In this document: positions 19,320-32,616 of the stretch, in pieces
Numbering within the stretch: position 1 is the stretch's first letter
Layout: every line of letters starts with the position of its first letter
Assembly: GCA_964057225.1 (NCBI GenBank)
Contig: OZ059897.1
Coordinates: 7,936,001-8,000,000, forward strand
Source: Auanema rhodensis
Taxonomy: Eukaryota > Animalia > Nematoda
Length of the DNA: 64,000 bases
Direction of reading: 5' to 3'
The notes under the pieces: generated by a model
What the model saw: only the letters and a program-made list of their open reading frames with translations
Databases searched by the model: none
What the model was told of the DNA's origin: nothing
Program-made: the position numbers and the translations under genes

Positions 19320-19685
19320 CGTTCCATTCGGAGACTCTATATATGTAACTGCAGGGTTAGAGCCAGACCGACTAGAGGAATGAGGAATGGCACCGCCTTC
19401 CCTCATGCCCCTATTCGGGAGTTCGCCCCTTTGCAAGCCCATGGACGGTTTGCATCTAACTTAGTTAATCTTATATATTAGTCTTTGTCTTGTAAATGTA
19501 GTTTACTTTATCCTTGTGTTAATGTATTGTAATGATATTGTATTGTGTATAATAAACCTATATATTTCCTTATCTTATGTAATCCTTATGCTCTGTTTCC
19601 ATACCGCTACACTTATGGAATACTATACGCGTAGTTGAGCAGACTACAATGGTCTGTTCAATATACGTAGGAGCATAATGGAACG
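19320..19685 (+). repeat. 3' LTR (366 bp)
   Basis: Direct repeat of 7612-7977. Confidence 0.97.
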
Positions 19686-19690
19686 AACTC

Positions 19691-19711
19691 TTCTACAACA
19701 AAGGTCTTTAA
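19691..19711 (+). CDS. sfxn-5: Displaced final codons of sideroflexin (FYNKGL-stop) after the 3' LTR
   Basis: TTC TAC AAC AAA GGT CTT TAA directly follows the duplicated target site; NKGL is the conserved sideroflexin C-terminus. Confidence 0.92.
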   Translation, partial: FYNKGL

Positions 19712-22700
19712 GTTGATAATAATGACAGCAGTTATGATTTATGCATTTCGTCCTGATTGTTCTTCGAGAATATCAAATATCATTAGTTTAGTTATTGATC
19801 TAAATAAAGAATTGTGTTACTTTTTGAATAGAAATTATTTTTATAAGGAAATATACTGTATTCGATTGAACTGAAATTCAAAATTGATGAGATACCTGAG
19901 ATCTTGTTTGGAGTAGATTTATAGAAAGTATAGACGTATTGAAGAACTGTCATAGGTAGCAGAAACTGTAATAAAACCAAAAACATTGTTTATATAAAAT
20001 AAAAAAAAGATAATAATATCATCTAACATCATATGCAACTTTCACTATGTATATAATTTTATTTTGGTCTCTATTCGTTCTATTTTCCTTAATCTGGATA
20101 TTTATTGTATGCTTTGTCAACGTTAAGACAAACATTTACAGTAATATAATGAAAGATATAATTGTTTTTTCTTGTACTTAATCGAAATTCGTCAAATATA
20201 CAAAACGAAATCTTAATTAAAATCTTTAAAATACATTGTTCATATCAAGAATTCTCTGTCACAGTTCCATGAACCTACCATAGTACTTGCTCATTTCAAA
20301 TTGTGAACATTGCTTGGTCTTTTGAGTCTAATATGTTATGCACGATAGAGATTAAGTGACTCACTTATACGTATTATCAACACCTACAACCTAACTTAAA
20401 TACTATATAAACTTGGAGTTTAAATAGTTTTCTTACTATTTTACAATACTAGCTCATTGAAATAATTAGATTTGTTTTTAAAATTATATAAACTTCATCT
20501 ATAAACTATGCTAATTATAATCTTGTTCTATATTTATTTTAAATAAATATCTTATCAGAATTTTAATATATTTTTCTTTGCTCATAATAGTTTCCAAAAG
20601 AATATTTTTCTTTTCACATGTTTTCATTTTGTGAAATAACAGGGTCAAGTGTAGATCTTCTCATTTACATTTGTGATGTATGAGGTGATAGCAAAAACAT
20701 GAATAAGATACAATGAACAGAACATCTCTTTCTCATTCTCTCTATCTCATCTCTTCAAATTACTCATCTCTCAGATGTTCTTCAGTTATTTAAACGAAAA
20801 AGATTTAAAAATCAATAAAGATTTCAAGTTCAAAGTTTCAATGAAATCGAGATAAGTTTTAAGAAAGAACTTCATTAGCGTGTTGTGAGCTTTCAAACAG
20901 AAGAACATTACGAATAATTTAATAATGATCGATATGTAATAGTAATATGAACTATTTATCTTGAATATTTGCATTATGTTTCTTCAAGATTCATCTCATA
21001 ATTTCATTCTTCTTCTTCTCAAAGTACTGTATTTTGATTGCTTTCAGTCATGCTTCTGTGAGATTATTTAAATATATTTCCTATTTTATCTTTCTTATCT
21101 TCAATAATTCTTTTTCATATCGTTTCTAATGGACAATATACAATTATGCGTACGAATTATATAAAGAAAGGAAAATGCTACTGACCACTTCTCTCTTTCT
21201 CTCAATGCATTTATCATCAAATAGCTTTTCAACATCTTTTTCCCACAATATCATCTCATACAAACTCATAAACATTTTGTTCAAAAACAAACTCAGATGA
21301 TCATTATCCAAAGAGACACAACATATTTTCTAAACTGCAAACGATTTTTTTTTCAAGTCATCGTGCCCTCATGCGACGTCAAGCATTCCGGAGATAAAGC
21401 GAGAACGTGAAAATAAAGTTTAAATCTTTACTCCCAGTTTTTTCTTTTTTTTCCTTGTTTTTTTTTCTAAAATAATCTACGAACCCTTGTAAACAAAATG
21501 AACAGATTATGCTTTTAATTTAATTTTTTCATAACAACAAAACGGTTATTGTTTGTTTTTTGATTTATTCTGAATCTTTTAACTTTTCTATATAATGTGA
21601 AATGAATATTAGGTCTCTCTTATCACTCTTTTGGTTGCTTCCTGAGATCGGCTTGACCTTTTTGCCTTCTTCATAAAGCAGCACCTCTCTCTCTCTCTCT
21701 CTTTGTAGATGTGTGACCTCGTTGATAAGATATTTCTTGGACATCAAATGCTTTATAAAGATCAGTCTGTTTATCCTCAGGGGGTCCTTATGCATTTGAT
21801 TACCGATAAAGTCTCTTTCACCTATCTATCTCTATCAACTTCGTTGTCATTGTCTTAACACCATCATTCTCTCTATGATTTTGTCTTTGACCTCTTACTC
21901 TTTCTCTCTTTCGTATATTTCATCTCTCATCTCACAGCACCTCCCTCGTCACTCTCATTTACATTTGATATGTAACTGTCTCTACTTCTTTCTTCTCAAA
22001 ACATTCGATACTCATGTATCTGAAACTGAAAGAAGATAGTAAGATACTCCAGAAATTAGTGAAAAGCTGTTTGAAATGAACTCAGACACAAATCATTGGC
22101 GCTACTAATCACATGTCACAACAGTGCAACTAGAAAACAAATAAAAAACAATAAAGATGAACCTTATGATGAATAGAACTTAAAACCTCATTGATAAGTA
22201 AAATCTGTTGAAATTAAGTTCTAAAACCAATCCGATAGAGAGCTATTAGTGAGCTCTCAGAAAAGAAGAATGCGGACGAAAACCTGTTACTTTTCACTGA
22301 ATTTTCCGTTCCCCCATTTTCGAGTTTGTTTTGCTTCGTGATGTGTCAACAAACTTTGACTCTAACCCTCTATAAGGAAAAAATCTTTCGTTGACCAGCA
22401 CTCTGAGCACAATGAGACAAGAGATTCTCTCTATAATCGACAATTTCATATACATTTTGATATTTCTTTTCCTTTAAGTTTCATTTCAATTGTATTCAGA
22501 AATATCTAATAGTTATCTTCATATAGAACATCGTAATGTGTATGTTTCTAATCAACAATTACTTCTTGTGCTGTTAAGAATCTAAACTTGAATCAAGCTA
22601 GTTGCATGCTGTATCCAGTTCATAGGATTAAATCTCGTCTTTCCTCTTCATTGTTACATAAGATTTAAAGTTTGTGACGTTATTCGCTCTACTCAAGACG

Positions 22701-23840
22701 CTCTACTCAAGAAGATTTTGAGAATGATTAAAATAGATTCATCTAACCTATCTATTCTCTTCGCAGATAGTTCATGTTGAATCAAATTATGTGTAAAACT
22801 TCAGTCAGACCTGTTAAATCTACATTTCATCTAAGATTGAAACATTAAACTTGAGCCAATAATTTATTATTTTCGGAAAGTTTTTGTTCATTGAACTAAC
22901 TATAATATTTTTACAATAGCTATTTACTTTAAAATTCCTTTAATTAACAACTTATTCGAAGTTTTTCCTTCAGTTTTCAGGATGAAACTTATTCTCCTAA
23001 ACATATTCTTAAAAATATTATTTACTCAACTAAGAGTTTAACATAGCTGAAATCAACTTTTTTCTATATTTTTAGTTTCAATTCGAGTTTAAAGTTTTTA
23101 AAAGTTTTCAAAACATTCCGCCAATCTATATATTCATTTAAAATATTTCAATACAATTTTAATTTCAAATAATTATTAATTTTCATATGTAATTCTCTAT
23201 TTTTTTTTCGAAAGGTATCTTTGTGACAGAAGAAAGTTTCATAATTCTATTACAAACTAACATGGGTTCTTATATAAAGTTGTAATAGAAACAGATTTCA
23301 ATCTGTAATTCATAAACAGAAGTAATATTTCCATAAATAGTATGATCTATCTGTCCTTCAATTAATGTCCGAAAAACAATTCTGATCATTATTTAATCTC
23401 AATTTTCATTGTGCGTGTCTTGGAAAAAAGCAAAAAAAAACTCGTTTTCCCTCCCACAATCTCACAGTTCAATTTTTAAAAGTTTAGTTCTAACATTGAC
23501 TAGTAAGTAGAAGAATCATTTGTTCGTGTCCATTTGAGAAGTATTGAGATTATGACATCACTCAAATACCATTTCGATAATTAAATTCCTTTTTTCTGTT
23601 TTGTTTTGTTAGGAATAATATCATTAAATACATATATTTCTTTCGATTTTTGTTATTTTTAATATAACTAAATACATAAACACTTAGTATTATTATATAA
23701 TATTTAGGTCATTCTAACATCATCGTCTTTCTTTGTCTTTCAATCACATCGCTTTTCATGTATTTTCCCATCTTTTCCTTCCGTTTTTTCTAATCATACT
23801 TCAATCATTTCATCGTTTAAGCTTTTGAGCTTTTACAGAT

Positions 23841-26658
23841 ATGCCTTCTATATCAATTCATGTACTATCTATTGCGCTTTGTATGTCATCGGGATTTCAA
23901 CAAGGATATATTGCTTCTGTATTAAATCAACCATATATACAAATTGAACGGTTTATCAACGAATCATGGGTTGAAAGAACTGGCAATTCATTTTCTGATA
24001 GAACAATCGTAAGTTTTAACTTTATTTGGATAACTGTTGACTCATGATTACAGGACATTCTTTGGTCTTTACTGAATGTTACCTATCCAATTGCTACCAT
24101 TTTTGGTTCGTTTTTTTTTAACTTTGATCACATCAGTCGGACGTTAAAACATGGATTGCGTTATAGGTCAATTTCTCGCCGCTTATATGTGCAAATCACT
24201 TGGACGAAAGAAAACAGCCTTAATAGCGTCGTTCCTCTATATTCCTGGAACTTTGATATCATGTGCTTCAAAGTGGACAGGAAACTACTTTGAACTATTA
24301 TACGTTGGACGAATAATATGGTATTTTCCAAGAAGATATGTATAATTTGCTAAAACATATCTTCACAGGTCCCTAGCTAATGGAGTGAATACAGTTAATG
24401 CTACTGTGTGGATTGTGGAATGTGCTCCACCAAGAATAAGAGGACGTATGGCTGCTATGCAAGAATTTTTCATGGCCTGTGGTTAGTAAAATATACAATT
24501 TATATTATAAGTTACTATATGAATATATGGAGAAGACTATTTTAATTAAAATAGAAAACAAAACTTAGAAAAACTTCCATGTTAACTATTTCTTTTAAAA
24601 TAAATAAGTGCATTTCCACTTGACGTGACCTTCATATAGTTCACGCGTGCTTGATGTGCATGCCCGTCTAAACCAAATATGTCTGATGGAGTTGTTCGTT
24701 CGTTAGATTGATTTTTGACAAAAATCGAAAAACATTGTTTTGCAATAGAAACTTTATAATTTGGAAATTTTGAAACGTATTTTAGCTTTATAACCACATT
24801 TTTCATTTTTTTTTCATTTTAGGGTCTCTTCTGACACAAGCCGCTGGAGTTCCGTTTTCTTCCGAAAATAGTTGGCCACTAGTATTTCTTCCTAATTTGG
24901 TTGTAGTTATAATTTCTCTGGGCCTATTTGCTTTTGTTTATGAGTCTCCTCAGTTTATAATGGAAAAATATGGAGATGAAGAAAAGGTGGGCAAGCTTTA
25001 CTATCTCCTATCCAACTGAATAGCATTGTGTCCTTTAAGGCTCGTAAAGCATTAGCTTCTTATCACGGTGTATCACCAGATCATCAGTCAGTAGAAGCAG
25101 AAATGAGAATTTGTGAGGAAGCTGTCAAGAAAAGGGACGATAAGAAGACTCCACAGGTAAAGCAGCAATACTATGATCTGGACTGAATTTGACTGTTCAT
25201 AGGCTGGTCTTGAAGTAAATCATAGTGGAACTGCTATCCTTTTCAAGCCATGGGTAGCTAAAGATCCTGTTTCCCAACTTATTCGTTACTGTGCCTGGTT
25301 AGGTGTGATGGTTAAGGTGAATATCTCTGATTTCTTATCGATCATGAAACTAGTGAAATTCAGATTGCCTATGTCTTCACAGGAGCCCGAACTCTACGCT
25401 CTTACAGTACATTTATCCTTCATGGAATGAGTGGATGGTCATACGATAATGCATTATTATGCTCAGTCATTGTTGGTAAGTTTTCAATCTAACAAGCTGA
25501 AATGTTGCAACAAAGCTTGATACAGAGAGATCAATTGCTGAAACGTTGCAATAAATCTTGAAACATTGAGATCAATCGCTAAAGATATGTTCATTACAGG
25601 ATTAGTTCGTCTTCCAATTACATTACTGCCTGTATTCTTAGTGGATAGAATCGGAAGACGACCTCTTCTCATCTATTCCACATTCATCTCATTCATATCC
25701 CTTGCTACGATGATGTTGGGTATTGATCTTGGAGGACAATGGAAGGTTTGTTATCATTTTCATTTACAAAATTCCGAAGATTAACATTTTTGAATAATCC
25801 GTTACTCAATATTCTTTCCTCTTATCAACGTTTGAACGTAACTAACCTCTGATCATAACATGAAAATAGAATTATTTTTTGTTTGTTCTCGGTACAAAGT
25901 GAACTGAAATAAGGAAAAAACTTCCAAAATTGTTTCCTCTTCAAATTATTTCATTTTTCTTTAAGATCAATATTTTTTCTTAAGATTGCAACACTCACTG
26001 GTCTCTTCGCACTTCTTCTCATTAATGCTTGTGGCATAGGATCAGTTTCAAGATTTTATTCAGCTGAGGTATGGTTTTCATTTCATAAAACAAGAATCTT
26101 GTTTGAATTTCATCTTCAATGACATACTTTTCAGTTAGTGCCACGTAATCTTCTTTTGTCTTCCGTCTCATCTTTAGCCATGTTTGAAGCTTTAACTAAG
26201 ATTGCCATTGAATTTGCCTTCTATCCATTAGCTAACGTGGTAAGATATACAAGTAATTATTTTATAAAAGTAAAAATAAGCTTATTTGGCTATTTGCCTA
26301 ACTCATCGCATTCGAGAAAATGTTGGCAACATCACATCATTAATGAGTTATCATCTTAATAGGGATTACCTTAGGCTATTTGATATACATTACAATGATT
26401 AAGAAATATATTTCAATGTTTTTTCAATTCTATATTTCAAATTATGTTTTTCTAGATTGGAGCATCATCTCTTCTGATGTTCATGATACCCACTGCTATA
26501 TTCATGGTCTTAATTTGGTATGCATGTCCTGAAACAAGTCGAAAGACAGTTAATGAAGTCAGTTTAACTATATTAAAATCTGATACATCTTTTTATTTTT
26601 ACAGGTTTTAAATGAAGTAGCTGAACGAAAGAAGATGAAGGTTTCATTCCCCATGTAA
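23841..26658 (+). CDS. MFS/SLC2 (GLUT-like) sugar transporter, multi-exon (about 13 exons)
   Basis: SGFQQGYIASVLN, LGRKKT, LLYVGRII, WIVECAPPRIRGRM, YESPQF, LVDRIGRRPLL, CPETSRKT motifs in exons with GT-AG boundaries; stop at 26656-26658. Confidence 0.9.
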
Positions 26659-27585
26659 AATTCAGAAGAATTCATTGCACGTCTCCTTATACGAGTAGCA
26701 ACTTATGCTTAATTCCAAATATAGAGATATTCTCTAAATCATATATAAAAAGATGTAAATTTTCAAATTCATTATGTTAGTCTATGATTTGAAGTTACAA
26801 CGGGTTAGCAATAATCTTGAATATATTATATTCATCCAAATATATGTACTTTATAACATTTCAATATTATTTATATCTTTTTAAATTCACAAAGATATAT
26901 TGCTCATTGTTATTTTATGTTTTAGTCAAAAACAAATATTAAATTATTTTTTATTACTTGTAATTTTATTTTATTATAAACTTGTAAAATTCTGAACTCC
27001 ATAGCACCAACAATAAAACAATCATAGTTAAACTATGGAAAATAATTCTAAAGGATAATTTTTCTGTCATCATTGAGTATAAATGAATATTATAATTTAT
27101 AAAAGAATAGTTGATACGCTTGGTTATATAATTATGAGTTTGTATTATAATTTTCGTTAGTTCATCTAAGCCATATCATCTTTTTACATACATCATCATG
27201 TAATTACAGAATAAATTCTCAGGGCATAATTTTATGATTTCACAAAAAAAGTTTTTTGCACCTCTTGTGAATAATAATTTGAAAATAAAAAATAACGTCT
27301 ATTCTTGATGTTAAGATAGAAAAAACTACGGTATATTTAACTTAAAAATCAGTTCAATTTCAAGAAACTTTGGTATGCACGTTGTTTACAGATAAATTGT
27401 GCGCTTCTTGCAATTATGCTTGAAAATAAATAAACCATATCGGTTCAAATTCCAATATTTTTGAAGTTTCTTAAAGTGTTTCATGATGATTTTTGTTTAT
27501 TTATTTTTTGTAGCTGGCTTCTTATAATCCTTCTCGTAACAACTCAGAAGGGGTTTGTTCCCTTACAAATAGTAGTGAAGAAGGT

Positions 27586-28324
27586 ATGGCTGGTTTAAAC
27601 GAAAGAGCCCATCGGTATCCTTATTGTGTTGTGTGGACTCCATTACCTTTTATATCGTAGGAATAAAAATTTCTGTTCCTTCTATTCCTCTAATTTGTAT
27701 TTATAGATGGTTCATTCCCGTAATTGGACATTTGGGTATTGCAACAAGCAGAGGTGTTGTGAGAGATTTCGGTGGAAGTTGTTATGTTGCAGTAAGTTTT
27801 ACAAATATCATAATATAATTAGTTGATATTGTTTTCAACGAGATGTGTTTTAGGAAGATAACATGACTTTTGGTTGGCCAACAAAAATTTGGCAGTTAGA
27901 TCCTGCAATTGTGGCTGGAGGTGAAGAAACTTACGACAGAAGTGTCAAGGAAGCTTCTGATGAATATAGATCTCGCATGGTAAATGTTTATAATTAAATA
28001 TAATTTTTTTTAATTGTATGTTCGTACTTGCAGAATTTTTTAAAATTTTTATTTATTCGATTTTAGCATAATTTATTCTGTGATAATTGTCACTCCCATG
28101 TTGCGTTAGCTTTGAATCTCATGAAATATAAGGGTAGAACTGATTGGAACATGGTGAATGTAGCTTGGTATATCACTTTACAAGGAAAATATTTAGGGTA
28201 TAATTAGTTCTTTGGTCAATATAAATGTTTTTTTTTTAGATTTTTGGGTTTCCTTAAACAGTGGGGTCCTCTATTCATTGTTCTTGTGATTTCGGCTGTT
28301 ATATGGCTCCCATTATATTTGTAA
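27586..28324 (+). CDS. TMEM222: TMEM222/RTE1-like (DUF778) membrane protein, multi-exon; the frame stays open upstream to an acceptor at 27513, so the start may be earlier
   Basis: RYPYCVVWTPLP..WFIPVIGHLGIATSRGVVRDFGG..EDNMTFGWP..HNLFCDNCHSHVALALN. Confidence 0.9.
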
Positions 28325-28626
28325 ATATATATATATATATATATTACAGGATTATATCATTGTATATATTAATATTATTTGAACTTTTCATGTGTTCATC
28401 ATGATAATTACGTAAATCTTGTCAGTTATAAGCATTGTGCTATACGTTTCACTTTTCATAACAAAGTTGTGTGAAAAAGAAAGCCCCTTGGCGGGTCAAT
28501 TGGTTATTCATATATCGGATTTAATCTAAATTTTTATTTTCTTCGAAGTATTAATGATTTACGGTTGATACCACGTTTACTATATCTGATATTCATTCTT
28601 ATTTATTTTTTTAAATGATTTTGTAG

Positions 28627-29709
28627 ATGGTTCGCTTAACGGCTGAGCTGATTGATGACGCTCCTCAATATATCAACACCATTAAGGATCGAGAGCTGAA
28701 TCTGCGAGGATGCAAGCTTCCTGTCATCGAGAACATGGGAGTTACCAGAGTAAGGATATGACTTTATTATATTTATCTAAATTATTAAACTTTAGGACCA
28801 ATTTGATGTAATTGATCTTACTGACAATGATATCAAGAAATTGGACAATTTTCCTGTTTTGAAAAGATTGAGTACCTTATACTTTCACAATAACCGTGTC
28901 CAGTATGTGCTTCATTAACAATATAAAAACATTTTTTTTTATTTCAGATTTGTACAACCAGATATTGGAGACATGATTCCTAACTTGAAAACCTTGGCTT
29001 TGACCAATAATAATCTATGTGAATTAGGTGATATTGATCCTCTTGCTGGCTGTAAGAAACTCGAATATGTAACGTAAGTGTTTATAACTGAATTCCTTTT
29101 GTTCATTTTTCATCTATTCAAGTTTTATTGGAAACCCAATCGTACATAAACAGCATTATCGTGAATACGTGATATTCAAACTTCCCAAAGTTCGCGTAAT
29201 TGACTATAAAAGAGTTCGTTTATCTGTAAGTTAAACTATATATTGTTGTTTGATAAATTAATCGTTGTAGGAAAGGCAAACCGCCAAGAGACTCTTCAGG
29301 GGTAAAAAGGGAGAGAAAAATCTCAATGCTATCAACAGATCTGCTGCTCCTGTCGTTGAAGAGAATTATAATGAAAAGGAAAATGGTAACACTAGATCAG
29401 CGGCAAATCTTACTGATGAAGACCGCAAAAAGATTCAGGTAAGAGTATACATGTCAAGGTACATGAATCATTTTTCTCGTTTACAGGAAGCAATTGCAAA
29501 TACCAAATCACTTCAAGAAGTTGAGTATCTTAACTCTATTCTTGCTTCCGGTAAAGTTCCTGAGAAAGGCTGGAATCGGTCTCTCGATCTCGTAACCGAG
29601 ACTGCAAAAGAAAATAAGGAAGGGTACGTTCATTTTTATATTTTCGAAGCTAAGTTAAACTTCATTGTTCAGGTTCCAAGCTGAAAATGAAGAGATGGAA
29701 ACTGAGTAA
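28627..29709 (+). CDS. SNRPA1: U2 snRNP protein A' (LRR protein; mog-2/SNRPA1 orthologue), multi-exon
   Basis: MVRLTAELIDDAPQYINTIKDRELNLRGCKLPVIENMG..DQFDVIDLTDNDIKKLDNFP..YREYVIFKLPKVRVIDY..EAIANTKSLQEVEYLNSILASG. Confidence 0.95.
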
Positions 29710-30648
29710 TGAATGAAACAGGCGAATTGAGTAATATGGAAGCTAATTGTTTAATATAAGTTTGTTACTTTTTTGATTTCTCTTCCTGATTCTTTGGTCT
29801 CATGGAACACTTCTGTTGTTATTTATCTCTTATCTTTTTCGAAATTGTTTCTTCGATATAAATATGTCTAAGCGTTCTTATTTGTTTAATTCTTTACTCA
29901 GAATACAGACCATTACTCTGAATATCAGATATGATAGGAAATGCTTTATTAACAAACTTTATAACATAGTAGGATAGTTGAGAAGAACTTGTATGATGGT
30001 CATCACAGTTTTTGTTATCAGTGCAAAAGTATTTATCCCTCTCTTGGGATTTATAAGAACTCTGGTTATCCTTCGGCTAATTAGTTCTATGATTTCAGTT
30101 GTTTTCAGTATGTTTCAATAACTTTTCTAAAACTTAATGTTAAGAATCTGAACTAGTCAGCTGAGCAGATTTTTCTGAAGACACAGTCCGACTGACTGTC
30201 TAAATCAACCGGGTAAACGTCAGTTGATAATCCTCAAAGTATAAAGTTTTGTTTATATCATCTGGTTGATTTTGAATCGTAAGCTGCTTTTAAACAGCTC
30301 AAGTTTGAGTCGTGCACCAGGACTAATGAGAAATCGAGTTAGTCCTTCTGGATCGCAAATTGTCAAAGATTTCGAGGAGATTGTTTTTTTAACGGTATAC
30401 CTACACATACCAACTTTCAACATTAACAATTTGAGTTCTTGTTTCTTTTTAAGAGAAATGTTTAAAGTTAAATGCAGAAATGTTCTGAATTTGTTCTGCA
30501 AAATCAAAGAAACATCATGTTGAGCTGAACACCATTAGGCTGAAATCCGATAAGGTATTCCCAACGATGACGATGATGTTTATGATATCTCAGTGGCTGA
30601 TGACATCATCAATATAATTATATCATTAAAAACATTTATACATTTCAA

Positions 30649-30691
<43 letters not shown>

Positions 30692-32082
30692 TATTCTACA
30701 TTTTATATGGAGCCTACGATGAAGTTAGTATACTTCCATTTGTTCCTATTCATGTCCGGAACATGTAAATTGTACTTTAGTCGATGAAATTATCTTTATT
30801 CATCAAATCTTGACAAATAAGGTACGATGAAAAGCAGAATGATAATTTCAATATCACGGAAGCTGTATTCAAACATGGTCAAACGCATGTTCGTTCCGGT
30901 ATTTTATATCTTGAAAAGGAGTACAGATGAACGTAGTCGGCTGATTGTAACGTCCTTAACAATGTTCTTCGAATATACGCATCATTGTCATCTATAGTTA
31001 CCATCTTTTCTACAAAATTTTTAATGGTATTTTCTTTCCGTGTACGATAGATGATGAGGTTGTGGTAGCGGATGCTTGTGCTCGAGATTCTATTGATGTG
31101 AACAGTTTTCGCTGATTTTTGAATTTTCAACCAGATATAGAAGACCATTATTTGGAGTGAGCCATAATTATTCCGAATGAGAATAAGATGATAACAAAGT
31201 TTTTGCTACAATTTTGAGGAAATTTTGAAACTTGTTCGCTTGGAACGGATTTAATTATACTAATTATAATTCTGACTGTGTTGACTACGATTCTGAAGTT
31301 GATCTGTATAATCAGGAGAAAAGTATTCTGAAAGAAACCGAGGTAGTAATCATTTTAGATTCATGTGAATTTACTTTATATAATCTATATATTACATATA
31401 TGGAAGATATTATTTTCTAATATCTTCTATTTCATTATAGTTTATGATTACAGAATTGAAATGTGAACTTATTAACTTTATTAGTCTCATTGAATTGAAC
31501 ACAAAGAAAATTGTGATTTGATGGGACACTTTAGAATTAGAGAAATATGTTCTCCATTATTATAAAACTGATTGTCAACTCTATCATCTGAAGCTGAAAT
31601 GAGGTCACAAGTATAGCGAACTAAGCAACGGAGACTCGGGCCCATCGTGATCAAAACAGTAAAATATGGGAAAAAATTAATGAAATAGGGAAAAATTGGA
31701 TGATAGAAGAGAGAAAGAAAGAGAGAGAAAATAGAAAAAAATGTAGAAATAGAGGTTGCATGAAGAAAAATTTAAAGAATGAAAGATTAAAACGAGAATT
31801 TCTCATGTCCATTTGCGTATATATGGAAAAAGGCTAAGATAATAGTAAGCTATTTGTTCATATAATGAAATTTACATCATCATGAAACTGGATTATAACA
31901 AAAAAAAACTATCGAAAAGTTAAGTAAGGAAATATACAACAATTGGGTGTGAAAATTATATTAATAATATACGTATAATCATAAAAATACAGACAAATAA
32001 TGACTTCAGATCTAGACAGTAGTGGATACAACAGTTGAGGAAAGAATGATAAGAGATTCTGAATAGAAAGAAAGTATAGAAA

Positions 32083-32087
32083 AGAGA

Positions 32088-32142
<55 letters not shown>

Positions 32143-32157
32143 GGAGAGAGGGAGAGA
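32083..32157. repeat. (GA)n microsatellite; similar tracts at ~39050-39115, 44200-44252 and 54900-55037
   Basis: Read directly from the sequence. Confidence 0.95.
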
Positions 32158-32616
32158 TCACTAAAAGTTTGGTTCAAAAAATGAGTACAAGATAAAACCA
32201 ACACGGTTCTGGACTCGTTCAACTTCGCACTAACATATCTAATAATAAATAATATATCTTTTTCCGATAGAAGTTCTCCAAAAAAAAAACAATAAAACAT
32301 GAATCTTTTCTTTTTGGAAATGAAATGACTATCACTTCACAGAAGTTCTAGGACATCTAACTTAATAATATAATATTACAATTTGTGATTATGATTGTGA
32401 TGATGATCAATGATAGTATTAAACAATTATAGGTATAAGATATTCAACGATGGACAACGAGAAAGAGTGATTATGGGTGATGCCGGTGATGGTGCTGGGA
32501 GGGGGTTTTGAAGCATAGATGACCTAAAAAGGCACATGATGGCGCTTAGAGAGCTGCATCTGTCTGTCAGTCTATCTGCCGAAGTTGTCAGATAGTCTGC
32601 ACATAACGATTTAAGC

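Larger units (their letters stand above)
7612..19685 (+). mobile_element. Full-length Ty3/Gypsy (Metaviridae-like) LTR retroelement with an env-like gene, ~12.07 kb
   Basis: Two 366-bp LTRs, target-site duplication, PBS, PPT, and an uninterrupted ORF with PR-RT-RH-IN order. Confidence 0.97.

Noticed and set aside
30050-31420. Coding-like fragments between U2A' and the insulin gene
   Set aside because: Many stops, no consistent splice model and no recognisable domain; possibly a decayed element.
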